Shown here: positions 62,330-64,000 of the stretch, in pieces
How positions within the stretch are numbered: the stretch's first letter is position 1
How the letters are laid out: the number at the start of each line of letters is the position of its first letter
Assembly: GCF_009914755.1 (NCBI RefSeq)
Contig: NC_060943.1
Direction: 5' to 3' (one strand)
DNA length: 64,000 nucleotides
Source: the human T2T-CHM13v2.0 reference genome, Homo sapiens
Notes under the pieces: model-generated
Seen by the model: the letters and a program-made list of their open reading frames with translations, nothing else
The model's database searches: none
Told to the model about the DNA's origin: nothing
Translations under genes and position numbers: made by a program

Positions 62330-64000
<1,671 letters not shown>

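Overview
Primate (almost certainly human) genomic DNA from a KRAB-C2H2 zinc-finger gene cluster, recognised as the chr19p13.2 ZNF136 locus. The window holds three genes. (1) The 5' part of a minus-strand KRAB-ZNF gene (ATG exon at 8812-8814, KRAB-A exon running off the window start; ZNF625 by recalled gene order). (2) The complete plus-strand ZNF136 (4 coding exons, 540 aa, 13 canonical C2H2 fingers). (3) A plus-strand KRAB-ZNF paralog (47.2-61.9 kb) with an intact CpG promoter and KRAB exons but a broken zinc-finger exon. The rest is dominated by roughly 85-90 Alu elements or fragments (counted by eye), L1 pieces and ERV1/ERVL LTRs. Most ORFs in the supplied track are Alu, CpG-island or antisense-finger artefacts. 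I see no CRISPR or prokaryote-type system. The most unusual observations are: five copies of one promoter/ATG-exon cassette for three gene bodies, including a decayed copy plus intergenic sequence inside ZNF136 intron 1 (possible promoter capture); a 'pseudogene' whose visible splice or polyadenylation routes all give a KRAB-only micro-protein; a TSD-flanked tRNA-Thr/FLAM chimeric retrocopy in the ZNF136 3' UTR; an ancient ND1-tRNA-Ile NUMT nested in an ERVL and split by Alus; and short locally templated insertions. All comparisons were made by eye, and reference sequences and repeat subfamily names are from memory.
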